A DNA stretch of 64,000 bases, from contig NC_043007.1 in NCBI RefSeq assembly GCF_006345805.1, positions 14,322,001-14,386,000 of the forward strand. Reading direction: 5' to 3'. Below, piece after piece: positions 1 through 13,012 of the stretch. The stretch's first letter is position 1, and every line of letters begins with the position of its first letter. A program made the position numbers and the translations under genes. Origin of the DNA: Octopus sinensis (Eukaryota). The notes beneath the pieces were generated by a model, which was not told where the DNA came from, did no database searches, and saw only the letters and a list, made by a program, of their open reading frames with translations.

Positions 1-229
1 TCATCATCATTTAACGTCCGTTTTCCATGCTAGCATGGGTTGAACGGTTCGACCGGGGTCTGGGAAGCCAGGAGGCTGCACCAGGCTCCAGTCTGATCTG
101 GCAGTGTTTCTACAGCTGGATGCCTTTCCTAACACCAACCACTCCGTGAGTGTAGTGGGTGCTTTTTACGTGCCGCCGGCACAGGTGCCAGGGGAGGCTG
201 GCAACGGCCACAATGAGTTAATATATCTA

Positions 230-569
230 TTGGATCATCCCATAGATAATGTTTTTTTCAATTGCATAAAATAGAGGAGACCGAGGGGGAACAGAATGAA
301 CTACCTACATCAATTTGCTATAAATCCAGGTATTAATTTCACCTTGTCCTTATTCTTAGTGCATGTTTTGAAGAGTGCAGTTCGATTTTAACAGTTATTT
401 TTTCAAAGCTATAATGGAAGTGACAAAGGAGCATATTCAGCATATTTTGCTGAGTTCAATAAAGGCAACAACACAAGGGAGAGTGCAAGGAACATTAATG
501 CAGTATATGGGAATACGACAATAAGCGTAAGCCAGTATCAATGGTGGTTCCAGAAATTCTGAGCTGAAA
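230..569 (+). mobile_element. 5' fragment of the same mariner family
   Basis: TA + TTGGATCATCCCATAGATAATG TIR, then MEVTKEHIQHIL... homologous to 17144-17460. Confidence 0.85.
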
Positions 570-849
570 TTTATTATTGTGTATCATTATAACATGATTT
601 TATAGTCTGAGTATATTGGAGTATTCCAATGGAAAATAATGTTATCCTTGTATTGTCCTTTTGTACACCCTGATGATTTTCCACCCAAGGTATTTTAAAA
701 TGCAAAATTATATATTTATACATGCTTTGTAGTTTTAATTTTGGTTGTGAAATGAAACAATTGTAGGTGAAGATGTTAATTAATTAATAAATTAATTTGT
801 ATCCATTAGATCTCTCCGTTCTGAAACTTAATGATATTATACATATATA

Positions 850-1236
850 TCTATTATATCAAATCCATTCTGTCTGTCTGTGTGTGTGTCTTCTAGAATC
901 TCAAGCATTCTCCATCCAATTGCGCTCAAATTTGATATGTAGATACCGATGGTATCAGGGCGTGTATAAGTCTTGAAAAACATTACAAAAATCAATTCCA
1001 GGTGAGAATGCAATCGTTAAAGCTGTTGGAACATGCATTTGTACGCACAAGTACATCAGCTGTTGCGATCGATACTACGCGTACGCAAGAAAAATGCACA
1101 GTGTCTCAAATTTAGGTTAAATCAGTGTTTCTCAAAGGGGAGGCCTATGGGACGGTTGGACAAGTTGTTTTGAGAAAATTTGGTTTAAATGTTTGACAAC
1201 TCAGCACCGTCCATTGGATGGGAGGCATTTTGCTCG
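850..1236 (+). mobile_element. Non-autonomous Helitron-like element, copy 1 (CTCG end)
   Basis: A|TC start, GTCT repeats, subterminal CCGTCCATTGGATGG hairpin, CTCG|T end; homologous to 40721-41284. Confidence 0.65.
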
Positions 1237-2789
1237 TATATATATATATGATGGGCTTCTTTCAGTTTCTGTCCACATGGCTTTGGTTGGCCCAAAGCTA
1301 CAGAAAGAAGTACTTGCCCAAGGTGCGATGCAATGGAACTGAACCTGGTACCGTGTGGTTAGGAAACAAACCTTTTAGTACACACCATGCGTGCAGCTGA
1401 TTACTGAGAATAATGCAGAGGAGCAGTTGCACTTCTTATTGTGTACCTACAGCTTTCTTAGGATATAGATTTTAGATGAAAGTAGGAAGTGAGAGGGAAG
1501 ACAGGTGGCTGTGCAGTTAAGAAGTTCGCTTACCAGCCATAGGTTTCCAGGTTCAATTCCACAGTGCAGCACTTTGAGCAAATGTCTTCTACTACAGCCC
1601 CGAGCTGACCAAAGCCTTGAAGTAGATTTGATAGAAGTAAATTGAAAGAAGCTTGTCATATGTGTGTGTGCATGTGTGTGTACCCTTGTATTCAATGGTG
1701 ACGGTCATTTGCAACCATCAAGCTTCCGTGCCAGTGGCACATAAAAGGCACCATTCAAGTGTGATCATTACTAGCGTCGCCTTACTGGCACTCGAGGCCA
1801 TGCTAGTAGGGTATTAAGAGCACCATCCGAGCGTGATTGTTGCCAGAGTGGCTATCTGGCCTCCGTGCCGGTGGCACATAAAAGCACCCACTACACTCTT
1901 GGAGTGGTTGGCATTAGGAAGGGCATCCAGCTGTAGAAACTCTGCCAGATCAAGATTGAAGCCTGGTGTAGCCATCTGGTTCACCAGCCCTCAGTCAAAT
2001 CGTCCAACCCATGCTAGCATGGAAAGCAGACATTAAACGATGATGATGATGTCGTACAAGTGATGTTGCTCATTTCCAGTTTGGCCAAAAGGATATTACC
2101 TTGTTTGGAAACAGGTGAGAGTTAGTGACAGGAAAGGCACCTAGTTAATCTTTTACTTGTTTCAGTCATTTGACTGTGGCCATGCTGGAGCACTGCCTTT
2201 TAGTCGGAGAAGTCAACCCCTGAACTTATTCTCTGTAAGACTGGTGCTTATTCTGTTGGTCTCTTCAGCCAAACCACTCAGTTACAGGGATGTAAACACA
2301 CAACATTGGTTGTCAAGCGATGGTGGGGGGACAAACACAGACACAAACACGCATACATAAATATATACATATATGTATATCTACTATAATACTCTTGTGT
2401 ATTTCTCCGTCACGGCATATGAATGAGAAAGGAAGGGGTGATAGATGAATAAGGAAGGAAGGGGTGATTGCAAACTTGGTAGTGGGATGATGGAAGTTCT
2501 ACAGTGGAAAAAAAAAACCCATCAAACACCATTTCAATTCTGCATGAATATATGTGAGTGTATATAAAAGGGAGTCATGCGAAAGTCTGTGTGCAATGGA
2601 AGTGGGATGGTGAACATTCAACGCTGAAAAGAAAAATCAAACAGCATTTCAACTTCGTGTGAGTATATGTGTACATATACAATGGACATATGTTAAGGTT
2701 TGTATCTGTGATTATTCTGCACCTTATTTATATATAAAATACTACAATTAGCCATCATTTTTGACAGCATGGGGTCAGCTACTAGAGAT

Positions 2790-3950
2790 ATTTTTATATA
2801 TATAAAACTGAGAATGTGTGTCTGTCTGTGTGTTTCCCTAAAACTTGAGAACTACACAACCAATTTCATTCAAATTTTACACATGCCTTACTTAGGGTCC
2901 GGGGAATCTCATCGGCAAAAATTAAACATTTTTTAAACTTTTTGCCAAGGGCGAGCCCACAGCAATATCATATCTTCTCCACTACGATTCCCTAAGACTT
3001 GAGAACTACACAACCAATTTCATTCAAATTTTACACATGCCTTACTAAGGGTCCATGTAGTTTCATGGGCAAAAAAAAATGTTCAACTTCTTGCCTAGAG
3101 CGAGCCTATAGCAATATCATATCTTCTCACTATTTCAGTATTACGTGTTAAAAGTGAAACAAAAAGGTTTCTCTATTTTATGTCAGATACTTTCCCTTTA
3201 ACAATAAAAATAATAATAACAATTGAATTATATGTAGTAAGTATAATTAAAATCAAACTAAATTAATATAATCGTAACATAACAAAAGTAAAAATAGCAA
3301 TTGGTATAAAATTGTATCAATGATTTGAACTTGAATAAGTGGTTTCACATGAACAAGAATAAATTAAAAATAAAATTAGCGTGCAGAAATGGAAGGGTCC
3401 AGATGGATAATAAAAAATTAAATTAAAGAAAAGACTATTGTCTATAAAGTATACAATGTAGAGAAAAAAGAAGATTTGAACACATGGAGGAAAGCACCTT
3501 CGAAAAGGTATCTAATCAGAGTCGGTAAATTCACCACAACAGAAGCAAGGTTCAAGTCAACGGAACATGCAAGGGAGTACTCGACTCAAACTTGCAAAGT
3601 GGAAATATTTCACTTTTACCTTTATATCTGGGACGTAGGACGTCCCGGAAAAAAATTAAAAATGCCCCATCCTCCCCAGAAGTAGAGGTAGGCTGGATTG
3701 TAGCCAAACTTCTATACAAGAGGGAGGACAAGATACAATTGATCGAAATTACAAGAGACGAGCTAACAATTCCAGTCTGTTATATATTTTGAGTATTGTT
3801 ATCACTAGCGATATCGAGATATAACTTTGTATTTTGTATTTTATGTGTAGATGTATATATATAGATGAACATGTAATATGTACACATATATATACACATA
3901 TATACAAGCACTAGCACTATGACCCGGCAATGACGGGTCTTTAATGCTAG
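2790..3950 (+). mobile_element. Non-autonomous Helitron with an internal ~155 bp duplication
   Basis: Starts ...TATATATAAAACTGAGAATGTGTGTCTGTCTG. GACCCG/CGGGTC hairpin (3921-3939) followed by CTAG|T at 3947-3951. Block repeated at ~2843 and ~2998. Confidence 0.75.
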
Positions 3951-4838
3951 TATATATATAAAATACAAAACGGTTCAAGAACACAAAACATCCAGATACA
4001 CAATACAAAGAAAAGAAGGGAAGGTCATTCAGAGTTTTTTTTCCTCAGTCGAGTTCCAGATCATCTTTGCAATTTCAGCTGGTTGTACTCAAGATTGCTC
4101 CAATCTGGCCAGCCCCAAGGAAAAACTAAGCTAAGAGCATTAGATTCCTTGATAGAAAGCAGCAAATGTATACAAAAACAAGGATGGAAAAAAAAAGGGA
4201 GAATGTTACACAAATACAAATAACAGAACATAACAACAAGTGTCTTTCGACTAAGGACAAATTAAATTAAGCTGGCGTGTGTGGTGTATGTGTGTGTGTG
4301 TGTACGATGAGCTTCTTTCAGTTTCTGTCTACCAAACCCACTCACAAGGATTTGGTCAGCCCAAGGCTATAGTAGAAGACACTTGCCCAAAGTGCCATGC
4401 AGTGGAGGACTGAACCTAGAACCAAGCGGTTGGGAAACAAGCTTCTTTCCACACAGCCAAGCCTGCTTCAATAAATTTCATCTGACTCATGCAAGCATAG
4501 AAAAGTGGATGTTAAATGAATGATGATTATATAGTTTATCTTTTACTTGTTTCAGTCATTAGACTGTGGCCATGCTGGGGCACTACTTTGAAGAGTTTTT
4601 ACTCGAATGAATTGACCCCAGTACCCTGTTTTTTTAAAGCCTGGTACTTATCCTATTGGACTCTTTTGCTGAACCGCTAAGTTACTGGAACGTAAACACA
4701 CCAACACTAGTTGTCAAGCAGTGGTGGAGACAAACACAGACACGAAGATGCATATGCATGTATTTGTGTGTGTGTGTATATATGTGACCTCGTCTGTATC
4801 ACTAGCGATTTTTTTTCCCCTGTCTTCCCTTCTCCTAT

Positions 4839-4873
4839 GTTTCCGACGAAGAGCTCCGCTCGAAACGTCAAAC
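4839..4873 (+). ncRNA. Minimal type-I hammerhead ribozyme-like motif (U4 to C variant), probably in a Penelope-like fragment (~4800-4950)
   Basis: GTTT CCGACGA A GAGC-TCC-GCTC GAAAC GTC AAAC: stem I GTTT/AAAC, stem II GAGC/GCTC, GAAA core, GUC site, palindromic ACGT stem III. Confidence 0.55.
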
Positions 4874-4986
4874 CCTCCTTCTTCCCTGAGCGTCCAATAA
4901 TATTTTATTTGTTCCACGTCCTTGCGTTGTTGTTTTTTTGTTTTTGTTTTCTTGTTTGGATTAACTTTATATATATATATATATAT

Positions 4987-5021
<35 letters not shown>

Positions 5022-5877
5022 TAATAGTTATCGCCAAGCTAATATGGTAGTCCATAAATATCTGATGGGCTTCTTTCAGTTTTTGTCTATCAAATCCACC
5101 CCCAAGGCTTAGGTCAGTCCAAGGCTCAGTAGAAAACACTTGCACAAAGTGTCATGCACTTGGACTGAACCTGGAACCATGTGGCCAAGAAGCAAATTTT
5201 TACCACACAGCCACACCTGCATATATATATATATATTAGGTAGGGGGCTCCCAAAGAGGTCTCAGGGGGTAGCGTCTGGCAGAGTTTCTACAGCTGGATA
5301 CCCTTCCAAACGCCAACTACTCTGAGAGTTTAGTGGGTGCTTTTACATGCAACCAGCACAACGGCCAGTCAGGTAGTACGGGCAACGGCCATGCTCAAGT
5401 GGTGTTTTTTACATGCCACCTGCACAGGAGCCAGTCCAGCGGCACTGGCAACAACCTCGCTCAAATGTTTTTCTGAGTTTGGGGGTAAGCAAGGACATGC
5501 TCCCCATAGAAAATTTAGCTCCAAAAAAACCTCATGATAGCAAAGGAGAATGGACACCAGCCAGCCAGCCAGCCCAAAGTTTGGAGTGGGTTGCACCTAC
5601 CTACCTCGGTTGCTATAGCATTGAGCCACCCCCATTAACAAGGACACAACCCGGATTTAAAACACTGGATGACGATGATGATGATATATATACTTTATTA
5701 ATTAAAGCTGCAAAAACATCACAAAAAACTTCTACTCAGAGTTTCACGTTCCCATTCATTGGACAGTTTTGACTGAGAATACCTCTGGTATTCAAATACT
5801 ATTTTCCCACCTTGTTTCACATTTATGTGCTTTGGTGTGTGTGTATATATATATATTATATATATATATATATATAT

Positions 5878-6158
5878 AAACAATTGCAGCGTGGAAGGTA
5901 TTTATAACCCATTTAAGAAACACACAAAAGCTGTTAGATTCACTTCAACATTTAAATTTAATTTGTCAAAATATTTTCGTCGCTTTGAGACCGCAACCTG
6001 TTCGCTAACGATGCAGCACAGAATTTTGTCAGTGAACAGGTTGCGGTCTCAAAGCGACGAAAATATTTTGACAAATTAAATTTAAATGTTGAAGTGAATC
6101 AACAGATTTTTTGTGTTTCTTAAATGGGTTATAAATACCTTCCATGCTGCAATTGTTT
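5878..6158. mobile_element. Fold-back element / MITE, ~130 bp arms
   Basis: AAACAATTGCAGC...GAGACCGCAACCTGTTC and its near-perfect reverse complement around a short loop. Confidence 0.85.
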
Positions 6159-6206
6159 TCATCCCAGCACACAATCTCAGATCAGGTCACTTGCTATGCA
6201 AGTACA

Positions 6207-6271
<65 letters not shown>

Positions 6272-6753
6272 AACACACCTTGGACAAAGAAGTTGCTAGA
6301 CAATATAGGTAGAGCTGATAAGAAAATTAAAATGTTGTGGCTATTAATAAACAAAATGGTAGCCTCTAATCTGCATATACCTTAAACGTCCTCCAGCAAG
6401 ATTAACAGATGCATATAAAGACTATTCATGCAGGTGTCTTCTGAAACATACCTATATAAATATTTGTGATTAATGCAAAATTTGTATGTTATGACAGAGA
6501 AGCAGACTTTAACTTTTTAGGATTGGCCCTTTGTGTAAGAAAGACAAAAAACAATACACATGCTTCAATGTGGAGAGTATTTCTACCTTCCTGCAGCAGA
6601 GGCCTGGTTATGTGGTTAAAAAGATTGCTTTGCAGTCAAGTAGTCTCAGGTTCAGCCCCACGGTGTGGCACCTTGGTGAGGTGATTCGATATATAGCTTG
6701 GGTTGACCAAAGCTTTGTGAGTGAATTTGGTAGGCAGAATCTGAAAAGAAGAC

Positions 6754-6792
<39 letters not shown>

Positions 6793-8117
6793 CGTGCATT
6801 ACATGTACGTATGTTTTTCTCACTCCTGTTTTTTTTAGACAGCAACATCCTTTTAACATCCGCTTCTCACACTGGCATGTATTGGATGGTTTGATCAGAG
6901 ATGGCAAGCTGGATAGCTACATCAGGTTCCAGTTTGATTCAGCCTGGTTTCTACAGCCTGATGCCTGCCTGCTGCTCCTAACACCAACCACTTTACATTG
7001 TGCACAGGGTGCTTTTAACGTGCAGCACGTAAGAAGCACCCATCACACTGTTGGCACATAAGAAGCACCGACTGTAGAAACCATACCACAACGGCGAACT
7101 GGCAGAATCATTAGCACACCGGGCGAAATGCTTAGTGGTATTTCGTCTGCCACTATGATCTGAGTTCAAATTCCGCTGAGGTCAACTTTGCCTTTCATCC
7201 TTTCATGGTCAATTAAGTAAGTTCCAGTTACACACTGGGGTTGATATAATCGACTTAATCCGTTTGTCTGTCCTTGTTTGTCCCCTCTGTGTTTAGCCCC
7301 TTGAGGGCAGTAAAGAAATAAGAAACCACACCACAACAGACAATTGGAGTCTGGACAGTTCCATGTCAAACCGTCCAACCCATGCCAGCATGGAAAGTAG
7401 ATGTTAAACAATCATGATGATGATGAATGTCGTGTGTGAACCTCTTGACCTCTGGACTCTCTCTTGAAACATAACTGTGAAGGATATAGATTTACTTTTT
7501 CCTCTTTCATGCTAGGATACTGTATTACCTGCAGTGGAGGTGAGTTCTTTCATCTGTTATTTGTTGCAGTCATTAATTAGACTGCGGTCATGCTAGGGGA
7601 CCACCTTGAAGAACACTAAAGCCAGGTACTTATTCTATTAAGGTCTTTCACTGAACCACTAAGTTACAGTGATGTAAACATACTAACAACAGTTGTCAAG
7701 TGGTGATGAGAGACAAACACAGGCACACATACAGGACAGATTTCTTCCAGTTTCCAGCTACCAAATCCACTCACAAGGCTTTGGTTAACCTGAAGCAATA
7801 ATAGAAGACACCCAAGGTGCCACACAGTGGGACTGAACCCAGAACCATGTGGTTGGGAAGCAAACTTCTTACCACACAGCCATGACAGTGTCTATGTATT
7901 AATTTGCTCTTCACAGCATATTTACTCTTTTACTTGTTTCAGTCATGTGTCTGGGGCCATGCTGGAGCACTGCCTTTAGTCAAGCAAATCGACCCCTGGA
8001 CTTATTCTTTGTAAGCTTAGTACTTATTCTATCGGTTTCTTTTGCCGAGCTGCTAAGTGATGGGAACGTAAACACACCAGCATCGGTTGTCAAGCGATGT
8101 TGGGGGGACAAAAACAG

Positions 8118-8194
<77 letters not shown>

Positions 8195-10083
8195 CAGGCT
8201 TCTTTCAGTTTCCATCTACTAAATCCACTCACAAGGCTTTGGTCAGCCTGAGGCTATAGCAGAAGGCACTTGCCCAAGGTGCCACGCAATGAGACTGAAT
8301 CTGGAACCATGTGGTTGGTAAGCAAGCTACTTACCACACGGCCACTCCTATGCCATTGTGTAATATTTAGTTTTAACCATTTGCATCTTTATATTATTAT
8401 ATTTAGGTGTAGGGACAGAGTTTCTACTTTCATGATTATGTTTCTAGCAAATAAAAAATGTATGTTGTGAAAGCTTGGTAGCAAAAAATAATTATTAATA
8501 ATAAGAATCACAACAAATTCAAGTGTTGTCACATAATTATGCTTCAATGAAAAGAATCACCAGATTATCAACAACAGGAAAAAAAATCACCATTTGTTCA
8601 AATGGTTGACAGCCTGACAAATGTGGTTTCCAGCTTAAGATCCATAGATCCATGGGATGAGGATCTACAAATAAGTTATTTTTATAAATGTATGTATTTA
8701 TTTTTAATCTTTTAGAGCAGCCAACTGGCTTCCATGCCAGTTGCACGTAAAAGGGCCCCATTCGAGCGTGATCATTACCAACGTCACCTTACTGGCACCT
8801 GTACTGGTGGCATGTGTAAAAGGATTCGAGCGAGGCCGTTGCCAGTACCGCCTGACTGGACCCCATGCCGGTGGCACATAAAAAGCACCCACTACACTCT
8901 CAGAGTGGTTGGCATTAGGAAGGGCATCAAGCTGTAGAAACTCTGCCAAATCAAAATGGGAGCCTGGTGCAGCCATCTGGTTCGCCAGGCCTTAGTCAAA
9001 ATCCATGCTAGCATGGAAAGCGGACGTTAAACGATGATGATGATATTTCTGTTATTAGGTGGCATCCATGCTGGGGCACCACCTTGCAGAATTTTTAGAC
9101 AAATGAATTAGCCTGGTACTTATTCTATCAGTCTCTTTTGTCAAACTGAAGTGATGGGGACATAAACATACCAATACTGGTTGTGAAGCAGAGGTGGAAG
9201 GACAGACACAGACACAATGACACACACACACACACATATATGTATGTATACAATGGGCTTCTTTCAGTTTTCGCCTACCAAATCTTTGGTCTGCCTGAAC
9301 CCAGAACCATGTGGTTGGGAAGCAAGTTTCTTACGACACAAAACCCAAAAAGCCCAGTAGTCACTTGCAAATGAGTATAATGAGTAGGTTGTACCATGCT
9401 TTCATTAATTGTCACAGGTGCCTATGTAGTCGCAAGTACACATGGACAACACTCTCAGCCCTTCCACCTTTGACCCAGCCAAACATCAAGGATGTGACCA
9501 TTCAAGTAAGAAAGGGCTACACCAGTATTTTGCTCGCATGCATTTCCAGTTGAAAGGGTTGCATCATCATGAACTGATGTACCTTGTTCAAAGACACACC
9601 ATGCTGTCCAGTTAAGAAATTGAACTCACAACTTATGATTGTAAGCCCAACACCTTAACCACTAGGCTATGCATTTTCATTATATTCTTTTACTTGTTTC
9701 AGTCATTGAATTGCGACCATGCTGGAGCATCGCCTTCGAGGTGATGTTAAATCAACTCCAATGCATTATTTTATTGGTCTCTTTTATTTTTTTTTTGCAG
9801 ATCCAATAAGTCACAGGGATGTAAACAAAACAACACCAGTTGTTACGCGGTGGGAAAGACAAACACAAACAGGCTTCCATACAGTTTCCATTTTATCAAA
9901 TTCACTCTCAAGGCATTGTAGGAGACACATATCGAGGGGTGCTGTGCAATGGAACTGAACCCAAAATCTCATAATTATGAAGTAAACTTCACCACACATC
10001 CATACTTCCAAGTGTGTGCGTGCGTGCACACACATATGTACAAATAATTATAAACACACACCTTTGAGAGAATAGTTTACATA

Positions 10084-10490
10084 GGTGTAGGAGTGGCTGT
10101 GTGGTAAGTAGCTTGCTTACCAACCACATGGTACTGGGTTCATTCCCACTGCATGGCACCTTGGGCAAGTGTCTTCTACTATAACCTCGGGCCGATCAAA
10201 TCCTTGTGAGTGGATTTGGTAGACGGAAACTGAAAGAAGCCCGTCGTATATATGTGTATGTATATATATATGTGTGTGTGTGTATGTATGTTTGTGTGTC
10301 TGTGTTTGTCCCCCCAACATTGCTTGACAACCGATGCTGGTGTTTACGTCCCCATAACTTAGCAGTTTAGCAAAAGAGACCGATAGAATAAGTACTAGGC
10401 TCACAAAGAATAAGTCTTGGGTTCGAACTGCTCGACTAAAGGCGGTGCTCCAGCATGGCCGCAGTCAAATGACTGAAACAAGTAAAAGAG
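10084..10490 (+). mobile_element. Full-length family-B tRNA-headed SINE with internal (TA/TG)n
   Basis: A-box-like GGCTGTGTGGTAAG, B-box-like GGTTCATTCCC, CCTTGGGCAAGT motif, 3' end GAAACAAGTAAAAGAG. Confidence 0.85.
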
Positions 10491-11510
10491 TATATGTACA
10501 CAGACACACACACAAATAGGCATACACACACATATACATGCACACATATATACAAGCAGACGCGCACGCACACACACGCACTGGTTACTTTTGCATCGCT
10601 CGGTTTTATAAACCGATTGACACTAATATCAACTCTCTCTTACTCGCGCGCGCATAAACAGAAGAGAGAGAGATGGTAGGATATTAATCACAGAAGCCAT
10701 TTGTGCATATTAGAAAAGAAAAAAAAAAAACGAAATGACTTCGAATCTGAAAGTAATGGCTAAACTGCTAAAGTTAAAGCGAGCCAGTAGTAGTAGAGGA
10801 GGTCGGAAGATCATAACAAGGGTCATCAAAGTTCCTTGACCCTTTCAGAAAACAACTTGCTTTTGAATACTTGTGAGGTGTGGGGAGAGGTCACTGGGCT
10901 GGTCAAACAGAAAATTACTGTTGGTGGGATATAATGGTGGGACGGGGGGGGTTAAAGAGTGTTTGACACCATTTAGAGAACATTGTTAAATTCGTTGGCT
11001 CGACAACGATAAAATAACAAAATATAAAAGCAAGAAATAAGATTTAAAAAAACATAAATCGTGTGAGGAAATAGCTGAACGTTTCCTCAAACAAACAAAT
11101 GACCTTTCAGAATCACATTTTGAAATCAAGACTCTTTTTTTTTTTTCCATCCTTGAAAAGAGATGGAAGATGATAGTTCATAAAATATTTGATGTATTTT
11201 AATAAAACCTATAAATAGTTACGGGGAAATTCATTTATTTACACAATTAGTATATTTGTTGAATAAAATATGTGTATTTTATGGGCCAATAGGAGCTATC
11301 TTTTTCTTTAACCAAAAGAATTTTTACTGGATTAAATATTTGTGTAAAGCAAAAAAGCAATTACAGTGTTGAAGACACATTAACCATTCATAAACACACA
11401 AAAAAACCAGTTAATTTCATTCGGTCATTATTATTTGGTGTCAAATTTTCGTCGCTCTATCTGAGACAAGCTTACTGATGATACATTCTCACTACAACGA
11501 CTTAATATAT

Positions 11511-11723
11511 ACTCTTTACTCTTTTACTTGTTTCAGTCATTTGACTGCGGCCATGCTGGAGCACCGCATTTAGTCGAGCAAATCGACCCCAGGACTTATT
11601 CTTTGTAAGCCTGGTACTTATTCTATCGGTCTCTTTTGCCGAACCGCTAAGTTACGGGGACGTAAACACACCAGCATCGGTTGTCAAGCAATGCTAGGTG
11701 GACAAACACAGACACACAAACAT

Positions 11724-11784
<61 letters not shown>

Positions 11785-11943
11785 CATACACATATATACG
11801 ACGGGCTTCTTTCAGTTTCCGTCTACCAAATCCACTCCGAGGCTATAGTAGAAGGCACTTGCCCAAGGTGCCACGCAATGGGACTGAACCCGGAACCATG
11901 TGGTTGGTAAGCAAGCTACTTACCACACAGTCACTCCCGCGCC
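11511..11943 (-). mobile_element. Family-B SINE (representative minus-strand copy)
   Basis: Reverse complement of 10084-10490. Others at ~2150-2356, 4306-4465, 4540-5220, 7925-8354, 11953-12338, 21318-21520, 21558-21945, 22412-22776, 29002-29380 (nested in a + copy), 31215-31400, 33835-34225, 41677-42138, 49873-50110, 50122-50972, 58896-59294. Confidence 0.85.
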
Positions 11944-13012
11944 TGAATTTTTTTCACTTGTTTCAGTCGGCTTCACCCATGCTGGAGCACCGCCTTGAAT
12001 TTTTAGTCGAAGGTTTTGACAGCAGGACTTATCTTTTAAAAGCCTGGTACTTATTCTATCGTTCTCTTTTGCCGAATCGCTAAGTTACAGGAACGTAAAC
12101 ACACCAGCATCGATTATCAAGCGGTGGTGGGACAAACAGACACAAAGACACACACACACACACACATAGATTTATATATGAATATAGTACAGGCTTCTTT
12201 CAGTTTCCCTCTACTAGATTCACTCACAAGGCGTTGGTCGACCTGAGGCTATTGCAGAAGACACTTGCCCAAGGTGCCACGCAGTGGGACTGAACCCCGG
12301 ATCATGTGGTTGGGAAGCAACCTTCATACCGCAGCCACATATGCGCTTATATTTGAATCATATCTTTTATAGATTCAAATTTCAATGACAGAGCAAACCT
12401 AAGATTAAAGACGTTCCAGCCGAGATCATCCCGCCTTTTCTTTATTTTTAATAAGCTATACTATATTGTCCGATAGTTCCTCTCTTCATAAAACGGTAGC
12501 GTGATTAAGATTTGGCTGCTGTTTCTAGCAAGACAACACAGACCGTAGTGAGCAGACACAGGGAACCTTTTTCAAGAAGCGGGCCGCATGAGACAAGACT
12601 CATCATCAGGCGCGCCGCATTACTAAAAAATTTGAAGGTAATTTTTCATAAGGTGTACTATTCAGAAAGTCCCACGGGTTGCAGTTTTCCCATGATTGTT
12701 GTAGATGCTGTCCAATAATCCGAAGTCAGCCCTGATCAAGCAAGCAGACCTATTATCAAAGACGTTCCACTCGTGGCCATCTACCATTTTTATGTTAACA
12801 CGCATAAACGGATTGAGGGACGTATGTTTAAGAAACAGCTGTGCAAAAAAGAAGACCGCGCTGGTACGGACACGTGATGCACATGAAATATGAATGAAGT
12901 GCGATGTGAACAATTTGTTAGTCCTAGGTGATCTTTGACTGAGAAAATCTATGATCAAAAATATGAGGTAGTCATGGCTGGTCATGACTAACTTATATTT
13001 TTGTATACAAAG

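Noticed and set aside
3476-3792. Captured gene or helicase fragment inside the Helitron
   Set aside because: Short ORFs with no motif I can identify; needs BLASTX.
4030-4075. Second hammerhead (CTGAGGA on -)
   Set aside because: No stem II pairing and no GAAA core follow.
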